Positions 47,541 to 58,199 of a DNA stretch of 64,000 nucleotides are shown piece by piece. Each line of letters opens with the position of its first letter. The first letter of the stretch is position 1. The notes below the pieces were generated by a model. The model saw nothing but the letters and a program-made list of their open reading frames with translations, did no database searches and was not told where the DNA came from. This DNA comes from Bacteroidota bacterium. Its GTDB lineage: Bacteria > Bacteroidota > Bacteroidia > AKYH767-A > OLB10. The DNA lies in assembly GCA_031421935.1 (NCBI GenBank), contig JANOPQ010000074.1:8296-72295 (forward strand). The letters run 5' to 3'. Made by a program: the position numbers and the translations under genes.

Positions 47541-49643
47541 ATGGCTGAAAAGAAAAATGATATTTTACGTAGGAGTTATTTGGTGTTTGCTGGATTCCTG
47601 ATTTTCGGAATTGCGATCGTCGGACGTATCGGTTATTTGCAATTTGTAGAGGGAGTTTATTGGAAAAGCAAGGCTGATTTTTTAACACTTTCTTATCATA
47701 CCATCGATCCAATGCGTGGAAATATTTATGCAAGTGATGGAAGTTTGTTGGCAACCTCTTTGCCTCGATATGATATTCATGTAGATCTAAATTCTCATGG
47801 AATTAAAAGCGATGTGTTTAATGATAATGTGGATTCACTCGCGTATTGTTTAGCTCAATTGTTTAAAGGGAAATCGAAGAATGAGTATAAAAGAATTTTA
47901 AAAGAAGCAAGAAGAGAAGGGAATCGTTATTTGTTACTCAAGCGAAATGTTTCTTATTCGGAGCAAAAAGTATTGCGCAATTTTCCTCTTTTTCGTCTCG
48001 GAAAAAATAAAGGCGGACTTATTGTAGATCAGTTGAGCCGTAGAGAGAAACCTTTTAAATTATTAGCATCTCGTACCGTTGGATATAAAATGGAGAATAA
48101 CGCGGTGGAATCCGTAGGTATTGAAGGTGCATTCGATAATAATTTACGAGGTACAACGGGAAAACGATTGATGCAACGTATCGCAGGTAATGTTTGGAAG
48201 CCAGTGAATAATGAGAATGAAATTGAGCCTTTAGATGGAAGCGATGTGATCACCACCATTGACTTGAATTTGCAAGATGTGGCTGAACATGCTTTAATGA
48301 ATCAACTGCAAGCGAGTGAAGCCGAAATGGGCTGCGCAATTTTGATGGAAGTATCAACCGGACATATCAAAGCCATTGCTAATTTGAAAAGGAAGGGAGT
48401 TGAAGATAATTATTATTATAGTGAAGACTATAATTATGCAATTGGTCAAGGAACGGAACCAGGATCTACATTTAAGTTAGCCACGCTAATGGCTGCAATG
48501 GAAGATGGATACATCGATCTTGATGATAGCTGCGATACAGGTAATGGAGAATTGCGGTTAGCCGGTGGCGTTATGATGAAGGATTCACATCATGGAGGCT
48601 ACGGAAATGTCTCCGTGAAAAAAGCATTTGCTGTTTCATCCAATGTAGGCATCTCTAAAATTGCGATGAAGTATTATGGAAAGGATCCACAGAAGTTGAT
48701 GAATCGCCTGCGCAGTATGCATATTGCTGAACCTTTAGCACTGCAATTGCCTGGTGAACCTGCAGCTCGATTAAAAGATACAAAGGATAAGGATTGGTCA
48801 AAAATTTCATTGCCATTTATTTCTATTGGCTATGAATCGAAGCTAACACCCCTGCAGTTGCTTACTTTTTACAATGCCGTAGCGAATAACGGTAAAATGG
48901 TGCAGCCTCTTTTTGTAAAGGAAATTAGCAACAAAGGAAAAGTGGTGAAGGCGTATGAGTCGAAAGTGATTTCTGAAAATATATGTTCTCCTGCTACCAT
49001 CACAATGGCTCGACGTATGTTGGAAGAAGTAGTTACTACAGGTACCGCATCACATATTAAGCATGCGCAATATACCATAGCTGGAAAAACAGGAACAGCG
49101 CAAATTGCACAAGGAAAAGATGGTTACAAAACAGGAAAAGTGAAGTATCAAGCTTCTTTCTGCGGATATTTTCCCGCCGATGAGCCTCGGTATTCTTGTA
49201 TTGTCGTAGTCTATGGTCCGAGTAAGAATGCTTACTATGGAGCTTCTATTGCTTGTCCAGTTTTTAAAGATATAGCCGATAAAGCATATGCACTCGATAT
49301 CAAAATGCATAAGGAAGTTGTGGAATCTCCCGACTCTTTATATGCAGGACTTCCCGTTGTAAAATCAGGACGTGGTTTTTCTACGAAGCAGGCAACAAAG
49401 AATTTAAATGTGAAATACAATGGTCCCGAAAATGGTTGGGTGACCAAACAACAAAGTGCATATACTCCCGAAGATGAGAAAGTGCCTAACGTAACGGGTA
49501 TGGGTCTACGCGATGCAATCTATTTACTCGAAGGTCAGGGGATGATGGTGAAGCCAGTGGGTAGAGGTGCCGTAGTGAGACAGTCATTGCAGCCAGGAGC
49601 AAAATTCCAAAAAGGACAACAAATAATAATTGAATTAGGGTAA
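47541..49643 (+). CDS. ftsI: Penicillin-binding protein 3 / FtsI transpeptidase with C-terminal PASTA domain
   Basis: 700-aa ORF with an N-terminal anchor and the SxxK (STFK), SSN and KTGTA motifs. The C-terminal VPNVTGMGLRDAIYLLEGQGMMV.. resembles PASTA. Confidence 0.92.
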   Translation: MAEKKNDILRRSYLVFAGFLIFGIAIVGRIGYLQFVEGVYWKSKADFLTLSYHTIDPMRGNIYASDGSLLATSLPRYDIHVDLNSHGIKSDVFNDNVDSLAYCLAQLFKGKSKNEYKRILKEARREGNRYLLLKRNVSYSEQKVLRNFPLFRLGKNKGGLIVDQLSRREKPFKLLASRTVGYKMENNAVESVGIEGAFDNNLRGTTGKRLMQRIAGNVWKPVNNENEIEPLDGSDVITTIDLNLQDVAEHALMNQLQASEAEMGCAILMEVSTGHIKAIANLKRKGVEDNYYYSEDYNYAIGQGTEPGSTFKLATLMAAMEDGYIDLDDSCDTGNGELRLAGGVMMKDSHHGGYGNVSVKKAFAVSSNVGISKIAMKYYGKDPQKLMNRLRSMHIAEPLALQLPGEPAARLKDTKDKDWSKISLPFISIGYESKLTPLQLLTFYNAVANNGKMVQPLFVKEISNKGKVVKAYESKVISENICSPATITMARRMLEEVVTTGTASHIKHAQYTIAGKTGTAQIAQGKDGYKTGKVKYQASFCGYFPADEPRYSCIVVVYGPSKNAYYGASIACPVFKDIADKAYALDIKMHKEVVESPDSLYAGLPVVKSGRGFSTKQATKNLNVKYNGPENGWVTKQQSAYTPEDEKVPNVTGMGLRDAIYLLEGQGMMVKPVGRGAVVRQSLQPGAKFQKGQQIIIELG

Positions 49644-51100
49644 TGAATCTACTGAGCGATTTACTTTACAAAGCCGGCATCGAAGAAGTAAGTGGTGACA
49701 CTTCCATCTCGATAGAAAAGGTGTGCTTTGATTCACGCAAAGTAGAAGCGGATACTTTATTTATTGCCGTTCGTGGAACAATAGTCGACGGTCATCATTT
49801 CATTGCAGAAGTTATTGCAAAAGGTGCCACCGCAATTGTGTGCGAAGAAATGCCTGCTGAACGTTTTCAAACTGTAACTTATGTTCAAGTAAAAGATTCT
49901 TCACTTGCATTAGCCATCATCGCTGCTAATTTTTACGATCATCCCTCCGAAAAATTAAAACTGATTGGGGTAACTGGTACCAATGGAAAAACTACCGTCG
50001 TTACCCTATTGCATGCATTGTTTCGTCAGTTAGGTTATAAGGTGGGCTTGTTAAGTACCGTTGTGAATCGCATTAACGATTTAGAAATTCCTTCTACACA
50101 TACTACCCCTGATCCTTTGCAATTGAATGCGCTTTTGGCAAAGATGGTCGATTCGGAATGTACCTACTGTTTTATGGAAGTGAGTTCACATGCCGTAGTA
50201 CAACATCGCATCAGCGGATTGCAGTTTGACGGAAGTGTATTCACAAACATCACTCGCGATCATTTAGATTATCACAAAACATTCGAAGAATATATCAAAG
50301 CGAAGCAAGGGTTTTTTGATAAACTTTCATCCAATGCATTTGCATTAGTGAATGCAGATGATCGCAACGGAAAAATAATGGTTCAAAATTCTAGAGCTAT
50401 GGTGAAAACGTATAGCTTGATGGGTGTTGCCGATTTCAAAGCGAAAATTTTGGAAAGTTCTTTTGCTGGATTAATGTTGAACATTGAAGGAAACGATTTA
50501 TTGTGCCGACTCAGTGGAAAATTTAATGCATACAATTTATTGAGTGTATATGGTGTAGCCATGTTGATGGGCGAAGAAAAGTTAGCCGTATTAACTGCCA
50601 TCAGTACACTGCAGTCACCTGAAGGAAGATTTCAACGAGTGGAAAGTGCAAATGGTGTGATTGGAATTATTGATTACGCACATACTCCAGATGCATTGCA
50701 AAATGTATTGTCTACTATACAAGACATTCGTTTAGGAAACGAACAAATTATAACGGTGGTAGGATGTGGTGGTGATCGCGACAAGGGAAAGCGTCCACAA
50801 ATGGCAGCGATCGCATGTGATCAAAGTGATCGCGTGATTTTAACTTCCGACAATCCTCGCAATGAAGATCCTGATCAAATCATTGCGGAGATGAAAGTAG
50901 GAATTCCAATTCATCAGCAAAAGAAAGTGCTTTCAGTAAGCGATCGTCGTGAAGCAGTTCGTACTGCGTGTGCTTTGGCGAAGAAAGGAGATATCATTCT
51001 CCTTGCTGGAAAAGGTCATGAAAAATATCAAGAGATCAAAGGAGTGAAACATCCATTTGACGACTTACAAGTATTAGAAGAATCATTTGAACTCTGTTAA
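49643..51100 (+). CDS. murE: UDP-N-acetylmuramoyl-L-alanyl-D-glutamate--2,6-diaminopimelate ligase
   Basis: 485-aa ORF with [10 protein letters not shown] and the DNPR motif ([10 protein letters not shown]). TAATG overlap with ftsI. Confidence 0.93.
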   Translation: MNLLSDLLYKAGIEEVSGDTSISIEKVCFDSRKVEADTLFIAVRGTIVDGHHFIAEVIAKGATAIVCEEMPAERFQTVTYVQVKDSSLALAIIAANFYDHPSEKLKLIGVTGTNGKTTVVTLLHALFRQLGYKVGLLSTVVNRINDLEIPSTHTTPDPLQLNALLAKMVDSECTYCFMEVSSHAVVQHRISGLQFDGSVFTNITRDHLDYHKTFEEYIKAKQGFFDKLSSNAFALVNADDRNGKIMVQNSRAMVKTYSLMGVADFKAKILESSFAGLMLNIEGNDLLCRLSGKFNAYNLLSVYGVAMLMGEEKLAVLTAISTLQSPEGRFQRVESANGVIGIIDYAHTPDALQNVLSTIQDIRLGNEQIITVVGCGGDRDKGKRPQMAAIACDQSDRVILTSDNPRNEDPDQIIAEMKVGIPIHQQKKVLSVSDRREAVRTACALAKKGDIILLAGKGHEKYQEIKGVKHPFDDLQVLEESFELC

Positions 51101-51102
51101 CT

Positions 51103-52362
51103 ATGTTATATTATCTCTTTGAATTCTTAGATAAAGCGTACGACATTCCAGGTGCTGGTGTTTTTCGCTTCTTGTCATTCAGAGCAGCGATGGCCATCAT
51201 CACTTCGCTAGTGATTACTTTGTTTTTAGGAAAGCGAATCATTGCGTTGCTTTTACGCATGCAAGTTGGTGAAACCATACGTGATTTAGGATTAGATGGT
51301 CAAGCGAAGAAGCAAGGAACTCCAACCATGGGCGGACTTATCATTATTGCTGCGATTCTCATTCCTACATTTCTATTTACAAAGTTGGATAACGTTTATA
51401 TCATTACCATGATTGTAAGTGTGATTTGGTTGGGCCTTATCGGATTTGTAGATGATTACATCAAAGTATTTAAGAAAGACAAAGAAGGATTAAGAGCAAA
51501 GTCTAAGTTAATTGGACAAGTAGGATTGGGAGTTATCATTGGTTCTATTCTCTATTTTAATCCGAATGTCGTGGTGCGTGAGAATAGTGCTGTTTCATCC
51601 AGTGTTGTAATTAGTCGAGGAGGAAATATCGTTGATGATATTAATAATTCTGAAGACATGGCATCTACGGGAGTAAATGTTAAATCAACTAAAACTACCA
51701 TTCCGTTTTTTAAGAACAATGAATTTGAATATGCAGATTTGATTGTCTGGGCAGGCGATCATAAATCATGGATGTTACCTTTGCTCTTTATTTTGATGGT
51801 GATATTTATTGTAACCGCAGTTTCCAATGGAGCCAATATTACGGATGGGATCGATGGGCTTGCAACAGGAACAAGTGCGATTGTTGGAACTACACTCGCT
51901 GTCTTCGCATACGTTTCTGGTAACACCGTTTTTGCAAGTTATTTAAACATCATGTACATACCGAATACCGGTGAGTTGATGGTTTTCATGAGTGCGTTTG
52001 TTGGTGCTTGTGTTGGATTTCTTTGGTATAACTCATACCCAGCACAAGTATTCATGGGTGATACGGGAAGTTTAGCATTGGGCGGAATCATTGCCGTTTT
52101 CGCTATTGCCATTCGTAAAGAATTATTGATTCCTATTATCTGCGGTGTATTCTTAGTGGAGAACTTATCCGTGATGGTTCAAGTAAGTTATTTTAAATAC
52201 ACCCGGAAAAAATATGGAGAAGGTCGACGCATCTTTAAAATGTCACCGCTTCATCACCATTATCAAAAGTTAGGATATCACGAATCTAAAATTGTAACTC
52301 GATTTTGGATTGTGGGATTGATGCTTGCTGTATTAAGTGTAGTTACATTAAAGTTGAGATAA
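51103..52362 (+). CDS. mraY: Phospho-N-acetylmuramoyl-pentapeptide transferase
   Basis: 419-aa polytopic ORF with [31 protein letters not shown] and SPLHHH motifs. It has a ~60-aa insertion relative to typical ~360-aa MraY. Confidence 0.93.
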   Translation: MLYYLFEFLDKAYDIPGAGVFRFLSFRAAMAIITSLVITLFLGKRIIALLLRMQVGETIRDLGLDGQAKKQGTPTMGGLIIIAAILIPTFLFTKLDNVYIITMIVSVIWLGLIGFVDDYIKVFKKDKEGLRAKSKLIGQVGLGVIIGSILYFNPNVVVRENSAVSSSVVISRGGNIVDDINNSEDMASTGVNVKSTKTTIPFFKNNEFEYADLIVWAGDHKSWMLPLLFILMVIFIVTAVSNGANITDGIDGLATGTSAIVGTTLAVFAYVSGNTVFASYLNIMYIPNTGELMVFMSAFVGACVGFLWYNSYPAQVFMGDTGSLALGGIIAVFAIAIRKELLIPIICGVFLVENLSVMVQVSYFKYTRKKYGEGRRIFKMSPLHHHYQKLGYHESKIVTRFWIVGLMLAVLSVVTLKLR

Positions 52363-52369
52363 AAAATAA

Positions 52370-53716
52370 ATGTCTGCTTCAAAGGAAAATATGGTCATTC
52401 TTGGTGCCGCTGAAAGCGGTGTTGGGACAGCTATACTCGCTAAAAAGCTAGGCATGCAAGTTTTTGTTTCTGATTTTGGAAAGATCGCTGATAAGTACAA
52501 AGCCGAATTAGAGAAATATCAAATTCAATTTGAAGAAGGTCAACATTCACAAGAAATAATATTGGCTGCCGATGTGTTGGTGAAGAGTCCAGGAATTCCT
52601 GACAAAGCACCCATCATTAAAAAATTAAAGGAAGCGAATATTCAGATTCAATCCGAGATTGAGTTTGCAGCCAAGCATACTAAAGCAAAAATTATTGCAA
52701 TCACAGGTACTAACGGTAAGACCACTACGACATTATTAACGCATCACTTATTAAGTAAGGCGGGATTCAATGTGGGTTTAGGTGGAAACATCGGCAAAAG
52801 TTTTGCTCGTCAAGTTGCTGAGGAGTCGCACGATTATTATGTACTTGAGCTCAGCAGTTTTCAGTTAGATGGATGTTACACATTCAGAGCAGACATCGCG
52901 GTGCTGACAAACATTACTCCTGATCACTTAGATCGCTACGAATATAACTTACAGAATTATATTGAATCGAAGTTTAGAATCATACAGAACCAACGCAGTC
53001 AAGATGCATTCATCTACTGTGCCGATGATGCGCTTACCCTGCAACAATTAGAATTGATTACGCCCGCTATGCAATGCTTTCCATTTAGTATTCAAAAAAA
53101 GGAAAACATGAGCGCCTGGGTAGAAGACACGCAATTAAACATTCAAACACATAACCAAACCTACAATATGTCAATCCACGATCTTGCTCTTCAAGGCAAA
53201 CACAACATTTACAATTCAATGGCAGCAGGAATAGCCGGACGTATTCTCGACATTCGTAAAGAGGTAGTTCGCGAGAGCTTTTCCGATTTCGAAAACATTG
53301 AGCATCGTCTGGAAAATGTAACTACCGTTCACGGAATAGAATTTATCAATGATTCAAAAGCAACCAATGTGAATTCTACATGGTACGCATTAGAGTCTAT
53401 GCTAAAACCTACTATCTGGATTGCAGGTGGAGTAGACAAAGGAAATGAATACGAAATGCTTCTCGAGTTAGTAAAAACAAGAGTGAAAGCAATCGTGTGC
53501 ATGGGAACAGACAATAAAAAAATTATTGAAGCTTTTAAATCGGTTGTACCAATAATCATTGAAACAGCTTCTGCAGAAGAAGCCGTTCAAGCAGCTTATG
53601 GTTTGGGAAAAAATGGGGATGTGGTTTTATTATCACCAGCTTGTGCAAGTTTCGATTTGTTTGATAACTACGAAGACCGTGGTCGCAAATTCAAAACAGC
53701 TGTTCGTAATTTATAA
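52370..53716 (+). CDS. murD: UDP-N-acetylmuramoylalanine--D-glutamate ligase
   Basis: 448-aa ORF with [10 protein letters not shown] and ..NDSKATN.. motifs, in dcw position. Confidence 0.93.
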   Translation: MSASKENMVILGAAESGVGTAILAKKLGMQVFVSDFGKIADKYKAELEKYQIQFEEGQHSQEIILAADVLVKSPGIPDKAPIIKKLKEANIQIQSEIEFAAKHTKAKIIAITGTNGKTTTTLLTHHLLSKAGFNVGLGGNIGKSFARQVAEESHDYYVLELSSFQLDGCYTFRADIAVLTNITPDHLDRYEYNLQNYIESKFRIIQNQRSQDAFIYCADDALTLQQLELITPAMQCFPFSIQKKENMSAWVEDTQLNIQTHNQTYNMSIHDLALQGKHNIYNSMAAGIAGRILDIRKEVVRESFSDFENIEHRLENVTTVHGIEFINDSKATNVNSTWYALESMLKPTIWIAGGVDKGNEYEMLLELVKTRVKAIVCMGTDNKKIIEAFKSVVPIIIETASAEEAVQAAYGLGKNGDVVLLSPACASFDLFDNYEDRGRKFKTAVRNL

Positions 53717-53735
53717 TTATTAAAGACAGAGAAAG

Positions 53736-54887
53736 ATGACTTGGCTGGAGACCTACTTTAAAGGCGATCGCACCATTTGGTTAATCGTGATACTATTAAG
53801 TATCGTGAGTATACTTGCTGTGTATAGTTCAACAGGAACCCTGGCTTATAAGTATCAGTCGGGGAATACAGAATACTATTTATTCAAGCATGGAATCATT
53901 ATGCTGTTGGGTTTTGCGTTGATGTATGGTATTCATATGTTGAAGTATACTGTATATGCACGCATCGCTACCTTTGGAATTTTAGTAGCGATACCCTTGT
54001 TGTTTTTTACATTATTGTTAGGAAGCAATATCAATGAAGCAAGTCGCTGGTTGACACTTCCTATCATTGGCCTTTCTTTCCAAACTTCCGATTTTGCAAA
54101 AGTCGCATTGATCTTATATGTGGCCCGACTCCTCTCGAAAAAGCAGGATAATATCAAGGATTTCAAAACGGCTTTTCTTCCCATAATCATTCCGATTGCG
54201 GTAGTATGTTTGTTGATCTTGCCTGCAAATTTCTCTACTGCGGCTGTATTATTTACTACTTGTGTGGTATTGATGTTTATCGGTCGAATAAGCATGAAGT
54301 ACATCATGTATATGTTTGGTGGTGCGGTGGTCATTTTCAGTTTGTATTTGGCTTTTGCTTATTTCACAGGAATCGGTGGAGGTCGTATCAGCACTTGGAC
54401 ATCGCGTATCGAAAATTTTAGTGGAGGTGGCGATGAAGGAAATTATCAAGTACAACAAGCGAAGATTGCAATTGCTACGGGTGGACTCGTTGGCAAAGGT
54501 CCAGGGAATAGTGATCAAAGAAATTTCTTACCGCATCCTTACTCTGATTTTATTTTCGCCATTATCGTGGAAGAATATGGATTATTAGGAGGGACATTCG
54601 TACTCTTTTTGTATTTACTTCTTTTTTATCGAGCCATGCAAATCGTCAAGAAGACCGAGCGCGCATTTGCTGCGCTTATTACCATAGGATGTGCCTTTAG
54701 TTTAGTGTTTCAAGGATTAATAAATATGGCCGTTGCGGTGAATCTATTTCCTGTAACAGGTCAACCATTGCCCATGTTGAGCATGGGTGGAACTTCCATT
54801 TGGTTTACGAGCGCAGCCATTGGAATTATATTGAGTGTGAGTAGTGAGATTGATAAAACCGATACCAGCCCAGCCCTTGCAGCCTAA
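53736..54887 (+). CDS. ftsW: FtsW/SEDS-family lipid II flippase/peptidoglycan polymerase
   Basis: 383-aa polytopic ORF with ..LPHPYSDFIFA.. and ..PLPMLSMGGTS.. motifs, in dcw position. Confidence 0.9.
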   Translation: MTWLETYFKGDRTIWLIVILLSIVSILAVYSSTGTLAYKYQSGNTEYYLFKHGIIMLLGFALMYGIHMLKYTVYARIATFGILVAIPLLFFTLLLGSNINEASRWLTLPIIGLSFQTSDFAKVALILYVARLLSKKQDNIKDFKTAFLPIIIPIAVVCLLILPANFSTAAVLFTTCVVLMFIGRISMKYIMYMFGGAVVIFSLYLAFAYFTGIGGGRISTWTSRIENFSGGGDEGNYQVQQAKIAIATGGLVGKGPGNSDQRNFLPHPYSDFIFAIIVEEYGLLGGTFVLFLYLLLFYRAMQIVKKTERAFAALITIGCAFSLVFQGLINMAVAVNLFPVTGQPLPMLSMGGTSIWFTSAAIGIILSVSSEIDKTDTSPALAA

Positions 54888-55989
54888 TCAAAACATACGT
54901 GTTGTAATTAGCGGAGGTGGCACTGGTGGACACATCTTCCCTGCCATTGCTATTGCCAATGCATTGAAAGCGGTGAATAATGATATAGAAATATTATTTG
55001 TTGGTGCAGAAGGTAAAATGGAAATGGAAAAAATTCCTGCAGCTGGATTCACCATAAAAGGATTACCCATCGCAGGAATAAAGCGAGAAGTGAGTATTGA
55101 TAATTTATCATTTCCTCTTAAATTAATCAAGAGTTTGAACAAAGCGAATTCAATATTAAAGGATTTTAATCCACACGTTGCGGTGGGTGTTGGCGGATAT
55201 GCCAGTGGTCCACTATTGTACATTGCTGCTAGAAGAGGCGTTCCTACATTAATACAAGAACAAAATTCTTATCCCGGAATCACTAATAAATTATTAGCTA
55301 AAAAGGCAAAGAAGATCTGTGTGGCGTATGAAAACATGCATCACTTTTTTCCCGCTGCGAAAATTGTATTTACTGGAAATCCAGTTCGCGGCGATATACA
55401 ATCCATAGAAGGAAAGAGAGATGAAGCTGCGCAGTTTTTTGGTTTGGATGCAACCCGTCCAACATTATTGATTGTAGGTGGAAGTCAGGGAGCTCGAAGT
55501 ATTAACAGAGCGATAAAGTCAGGACTTCAAGAATTGGTAGAGTCGGGAGTGCAAGTGATTTGGCAAACGGGAAAATTATTTTCACAGGAAGCATCAGAAG
55601 CGTTAACCATCATTAACACTTCTTCTATCAAAGCAATGGATTTTATTTCGCGAATGGATTTAGCGTATGCTATAGCGGATGCAGTAGTAACTCGTGCGGG
55701 AGCTAGTACCGTTTCGGAATTATGTATTGTGAAGAAGCCATCTATTATGGTTCCATTGCCCACAGCTGCAGAAGACCATCAAACAAAAAATTGCAAAGCA
55801 TTAGTAAATAGAAACGCTGCATTATTGGTTACCGATAATGAAGTTGCAACTCGTCTAGTAAAGGAGGCCATTGCACTCATCTTTAATAAAGAGAAGTGCA
55901 AGGAACTTTCTGAGAATATTGCTCCCTTAGCAAGACCAAATGCTGCATTTGAAATAGCAAATGAAATCTTACAACTTGTAAAAAAATAG
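54844..55989 (+). CDS. murG: Undecaprenyldiphospho-muramoylpentapeptide beta-N-acetylglucosaminyltransferase
   Basis: 381-aa ORF with a GTG start and the SGGGTGGHIFPA motif. An in-frame TTG at 54877 is an alternative start with a shorter overlap on ftsW. Confidence 0.92.
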   Translation: MRLIKPIPAQPLQPNQNIRVVISGGGTGGHIFPAIAIANALKAVNNDIEILFVGAEGKMEMEKIPAAGFTIKGLPIAGIKREVSIDNLSFPLKLIKSLNKANSILKDFNPHVAVGVGGYASGPLLYIAARRGVPTLIQEQNSYPGITNKLLAKKAKKICVAYENMHHFFPAAKIVFTGNPVRGDIQSIEGKRDEAAQFFGLDATRPTLLIVGGSQGARSINRAIKSGLQELVESGVQVIWQTGKLFSQEASEALTIINTSSIKAMDFISRMDLAYAIADAVVTRAGASTVSELCIVKKPSIMVPLPTAAEDHQTKNCKALVNRNAALLVTDNEVATRLVKEAIALIFNKEKCKELSENIAPLARPNAAFEIANEILQLVKK

Positions 55990-55992
55990 AAA

Positions 55993-57390
55993 TTGAAACA
56001 AATTAATTGGCAAACCATCACACAAGTTTATTTCCTCGGAATAGGAGGGATAGGCATGAGTGCGCTTGCTCGTTATTTTTTAGCTGAGGGAAAATTAGTT
56101 GCTGGATACGATCGTACGTCAACGCCATTGACTGATGCTTTGAAATTGGAAGGAATGAAAATTCATTTTGCAGATGATGTTACTCAGATTCCTGCTTCTT
56201 TTGCCGATTTGAATTTGAAGGATCAAACTTTGGTAGTTTTAACTCCAGCCATTCCACCTCATCATACCGAACTTGATTATTTTAAAAACAAAGAATTTCA
56301 AATTGTAAAAAGATCTCAAGTATTGGGATTTATTACAGAACCGCATGTGTGTTTTGGAGTGGCTGGGACGCATGGAAAAACAACGACCTCTTCTATACTA
56401 GCTCATATTTTAAATACGGCCGGGCATAATATCACTGCATTTTTAGGAGGTATCAGCTCAAATTATAAATCGAATTTGTTATTAGGAAAATCAACTCAGC
56501 CGAAACATGAAATTGTGGTGGAAGCCGATGAGTACGATCGTTCTTTCCTTACACTTTTTCCAGATGCAGCCATCATTACATCAATGGATGCCGATCATTT
56601 GGATATTTATGGTAGTAAAGAAGAGATGCATTTGAATTATCAAGCTTTTGCAGCTCAAGTTCATCCCAGTGGATTCATCGTTCAGAAGTTGGGATTAGAA
56701 TTGGGAAATTGCCAAGCGCGAAAAATCACCTATTCCATTACTGATAAGCATGCCAATTACGTAGGTGAAAATATTAAAGTTGTGAATGGAAAATATATTT
56801 TCAACTTAGTCACTCCAGCATATGTAATTGATGGCTTAGAATTGGGATTGCCAGGTCGACATAATGTAGAGAATGCAGTGGCGGCGTCTGCTTTAGCGAT
56901 TGAACGAGGAGTGGATATGGTTTCCTTAAAAGAAGCGCTGAAAAGTTATTCAGGAGTGCAACGTCGTTTCGAATATCATGTGCGAAAGGAAAATGTAATT
57001 TACATTGACGATTATGCACATCACCCAGAAGAATTGAAAGCAGCTATATTATCAGCACGTGAATTGCATCCGAATAAAAGAATTGCAGCAGCTTTTCAAC
57101 CGCATTTGTTCACACGAACACGTGATTTTGTAAATGGATTTGCAGAAAGTTTGAGTTTATTAGACACCTTGTATTTATTGGAAATATATCCAGCGCGAGA
57201 ATTACCTATTGATGGAGTGGATGCAGGAATCATTTTTGATAAAGTGACCATCCAAGATAAACATAGAGTAAGTAAAGAAGAATTAATTGCCCAACTGAGA
57301 AAAAATACGCCACAGGTATTTTTAACCTTAGGAGCAGGAGATATCGATCAATTAGTTGAACCTATTAAAACACTTTTTGAAGGAGTATGA
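55993..57390 (+). CDS. murC: UDP-N-acetylmuramate--L-alanine ligase
   Basis: 465-aa ORF with a TTG start. Contains FLGIGGIGMSALA, GVAGTHGKTTT and DDYAHHP motifs. Confidence 0.93.
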   Translation: MKQINWQTITQVYFLGIGGIGMSALARYFLAEGKLVAGYDRTSTPLTDALKLEGMKIHFADDVTQIPASFADLNLKDQTLVVLTPAIPPHHTELDYFKNKEFQIVKRSQVLGFITEPHVCFGVAGTHGKTTTSSILAHILNTAGHNITAFLGGISSNYKSNLLLGKSTQPKHEIVVEADEYDRSFLTLFPDAAIITSMDADHLDIYGSKEEMHLNYQAFAAQVHPSGFIVQKLGLELGNCQARKITYSITDKHANYVGENIKVVNGKYIFNLVTPAYVIDGLELGLPGRHNVENAVAASALAIERGVDMVSLKEALKSYSGVQRRFEYHVRKENVIYIDDYAHHPEELKAAILSARELHPNKRIAAAFQPHLFTRTRDFVNGFAESLSLLDTLYLLEIYPARELPIDGVDAGIIFDKVTIQDKHRVSKEELIAQLRKNTPQVFLTLGAGDIDQLVEPIKTLFEGV

Positions 57391-58196
57391 AAACGAAAAT
57401 AAACTTCAAAAAAATATTGACCATCGCTGGGTGGTCAGTATTCTCCGTAGGCATGTTGGCTTTACTTGGATTTGTAAATCAAAAGCAGGAACAGTTAAAG
57501 TGTACCGATGTGATTGTGGAAATGAAGGGCGATATGGGACATGAGTTCGTCGACAAAAATGATGTATTGAAGTTGGCAAACAGTAAAGGAAAATTGATTG
57601 GAAAATCGGTGGGAACCATCAACACTGCATTGTTAGAAAAAATTATTTTGTCTAACCCTTTCATAGAAGACGTAGAAGTATATTCAGCGATTGGAGGGGT
57701 CCTTCACATTGAACTTATCCAAAGAAATCCAATAGTGCGTATCATCAACAAAAACGACGAGCAGTATTATATTGATCAAACAGGCGCATTCATGCCTGTA
57801 TCAGATCGTTATACTCCTCCTGCGTTGGTAGCAAATGGATTTATCTTCAATACATATGGTGAAATGAACGTGCATATTGGTACTCCAAAGTCGGACACTG
57901 CGGCTGTAAAAATTCAAAGAACGATAGAGCAAGTCTATGTTCTTGCGCATTTTTTAGAGACGGATTCTTTCTGGTCGGCGAATACTGAACAAATTTATGT
58001 GAATGAATTTCAGGAATTGGAATTGATTCCGCGCGTAGGTGATCACAGAATATTGTTGGGCGACACCACTAACTTGAGTGAAAAAATGGACAACCTTTTT
58101 GTATTCTATCGTGAAGGATTGAATAAAATGGGTTGGAATAAGTATTCAATCATCAATCTGAAATACAAAGATCAGATTGTTTGCACAAAAAAATAA
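57387..58196 (+). CDS. ftsQ: Cell-division protein FtsQ (POTRA-containing)
   Basis: 269-aa ORF with an N-terminal TM anchor. ATGA overlap with murC; sits between murC and ftsA. Confidence 0.8.
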   Translation: MKTKINFKKILTIAGWSVFSVGMLALLGFVNQKQEQLKCTDVIVEMKGDMGHEFVDKNDVLKLANSKGKLIGKSVGTINTALLEKIILSNPFIEDVEVYSAIGGVLHIELIQRNPIVRIINKNDEQYYIDQTGAFMPVSDRYTPPALVANGFIFNTYGEMNVHIGTPKSDTAAVKIQRTIEQVYVLAHFLETDSFWSANTEQIYVNEFQELELIPRVGDHRILLGDTTNLSEKMDNLFVFYREGLNKMGWNKYSIINLKYKDQIVCTKK

Positions 58197-58199
58197 ATT

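Noticed and set aside
53933-54334. 133-aa ORF antisense to ftsW, and similar antisense ORFs in engB (42434..42790), murG (54888..55223) and ftsZ (59734..60066)
   Set aside because: All lie within confidently identified conserved genes on the opposite strand and none shows a domain signature. They are treated as shadow ORFs.
54844-54887. 44-nt ftsW/murG overlap and 32-nt mraZ/rsmH overlap (46218..46249) as programmed frameshift sites
   Set aside because: In-frame alternative starts (TTG at 54877; GTG at 46236) reduce the overlaps to ordinary sizes. No slippery heptamer or downstream structure was seen.
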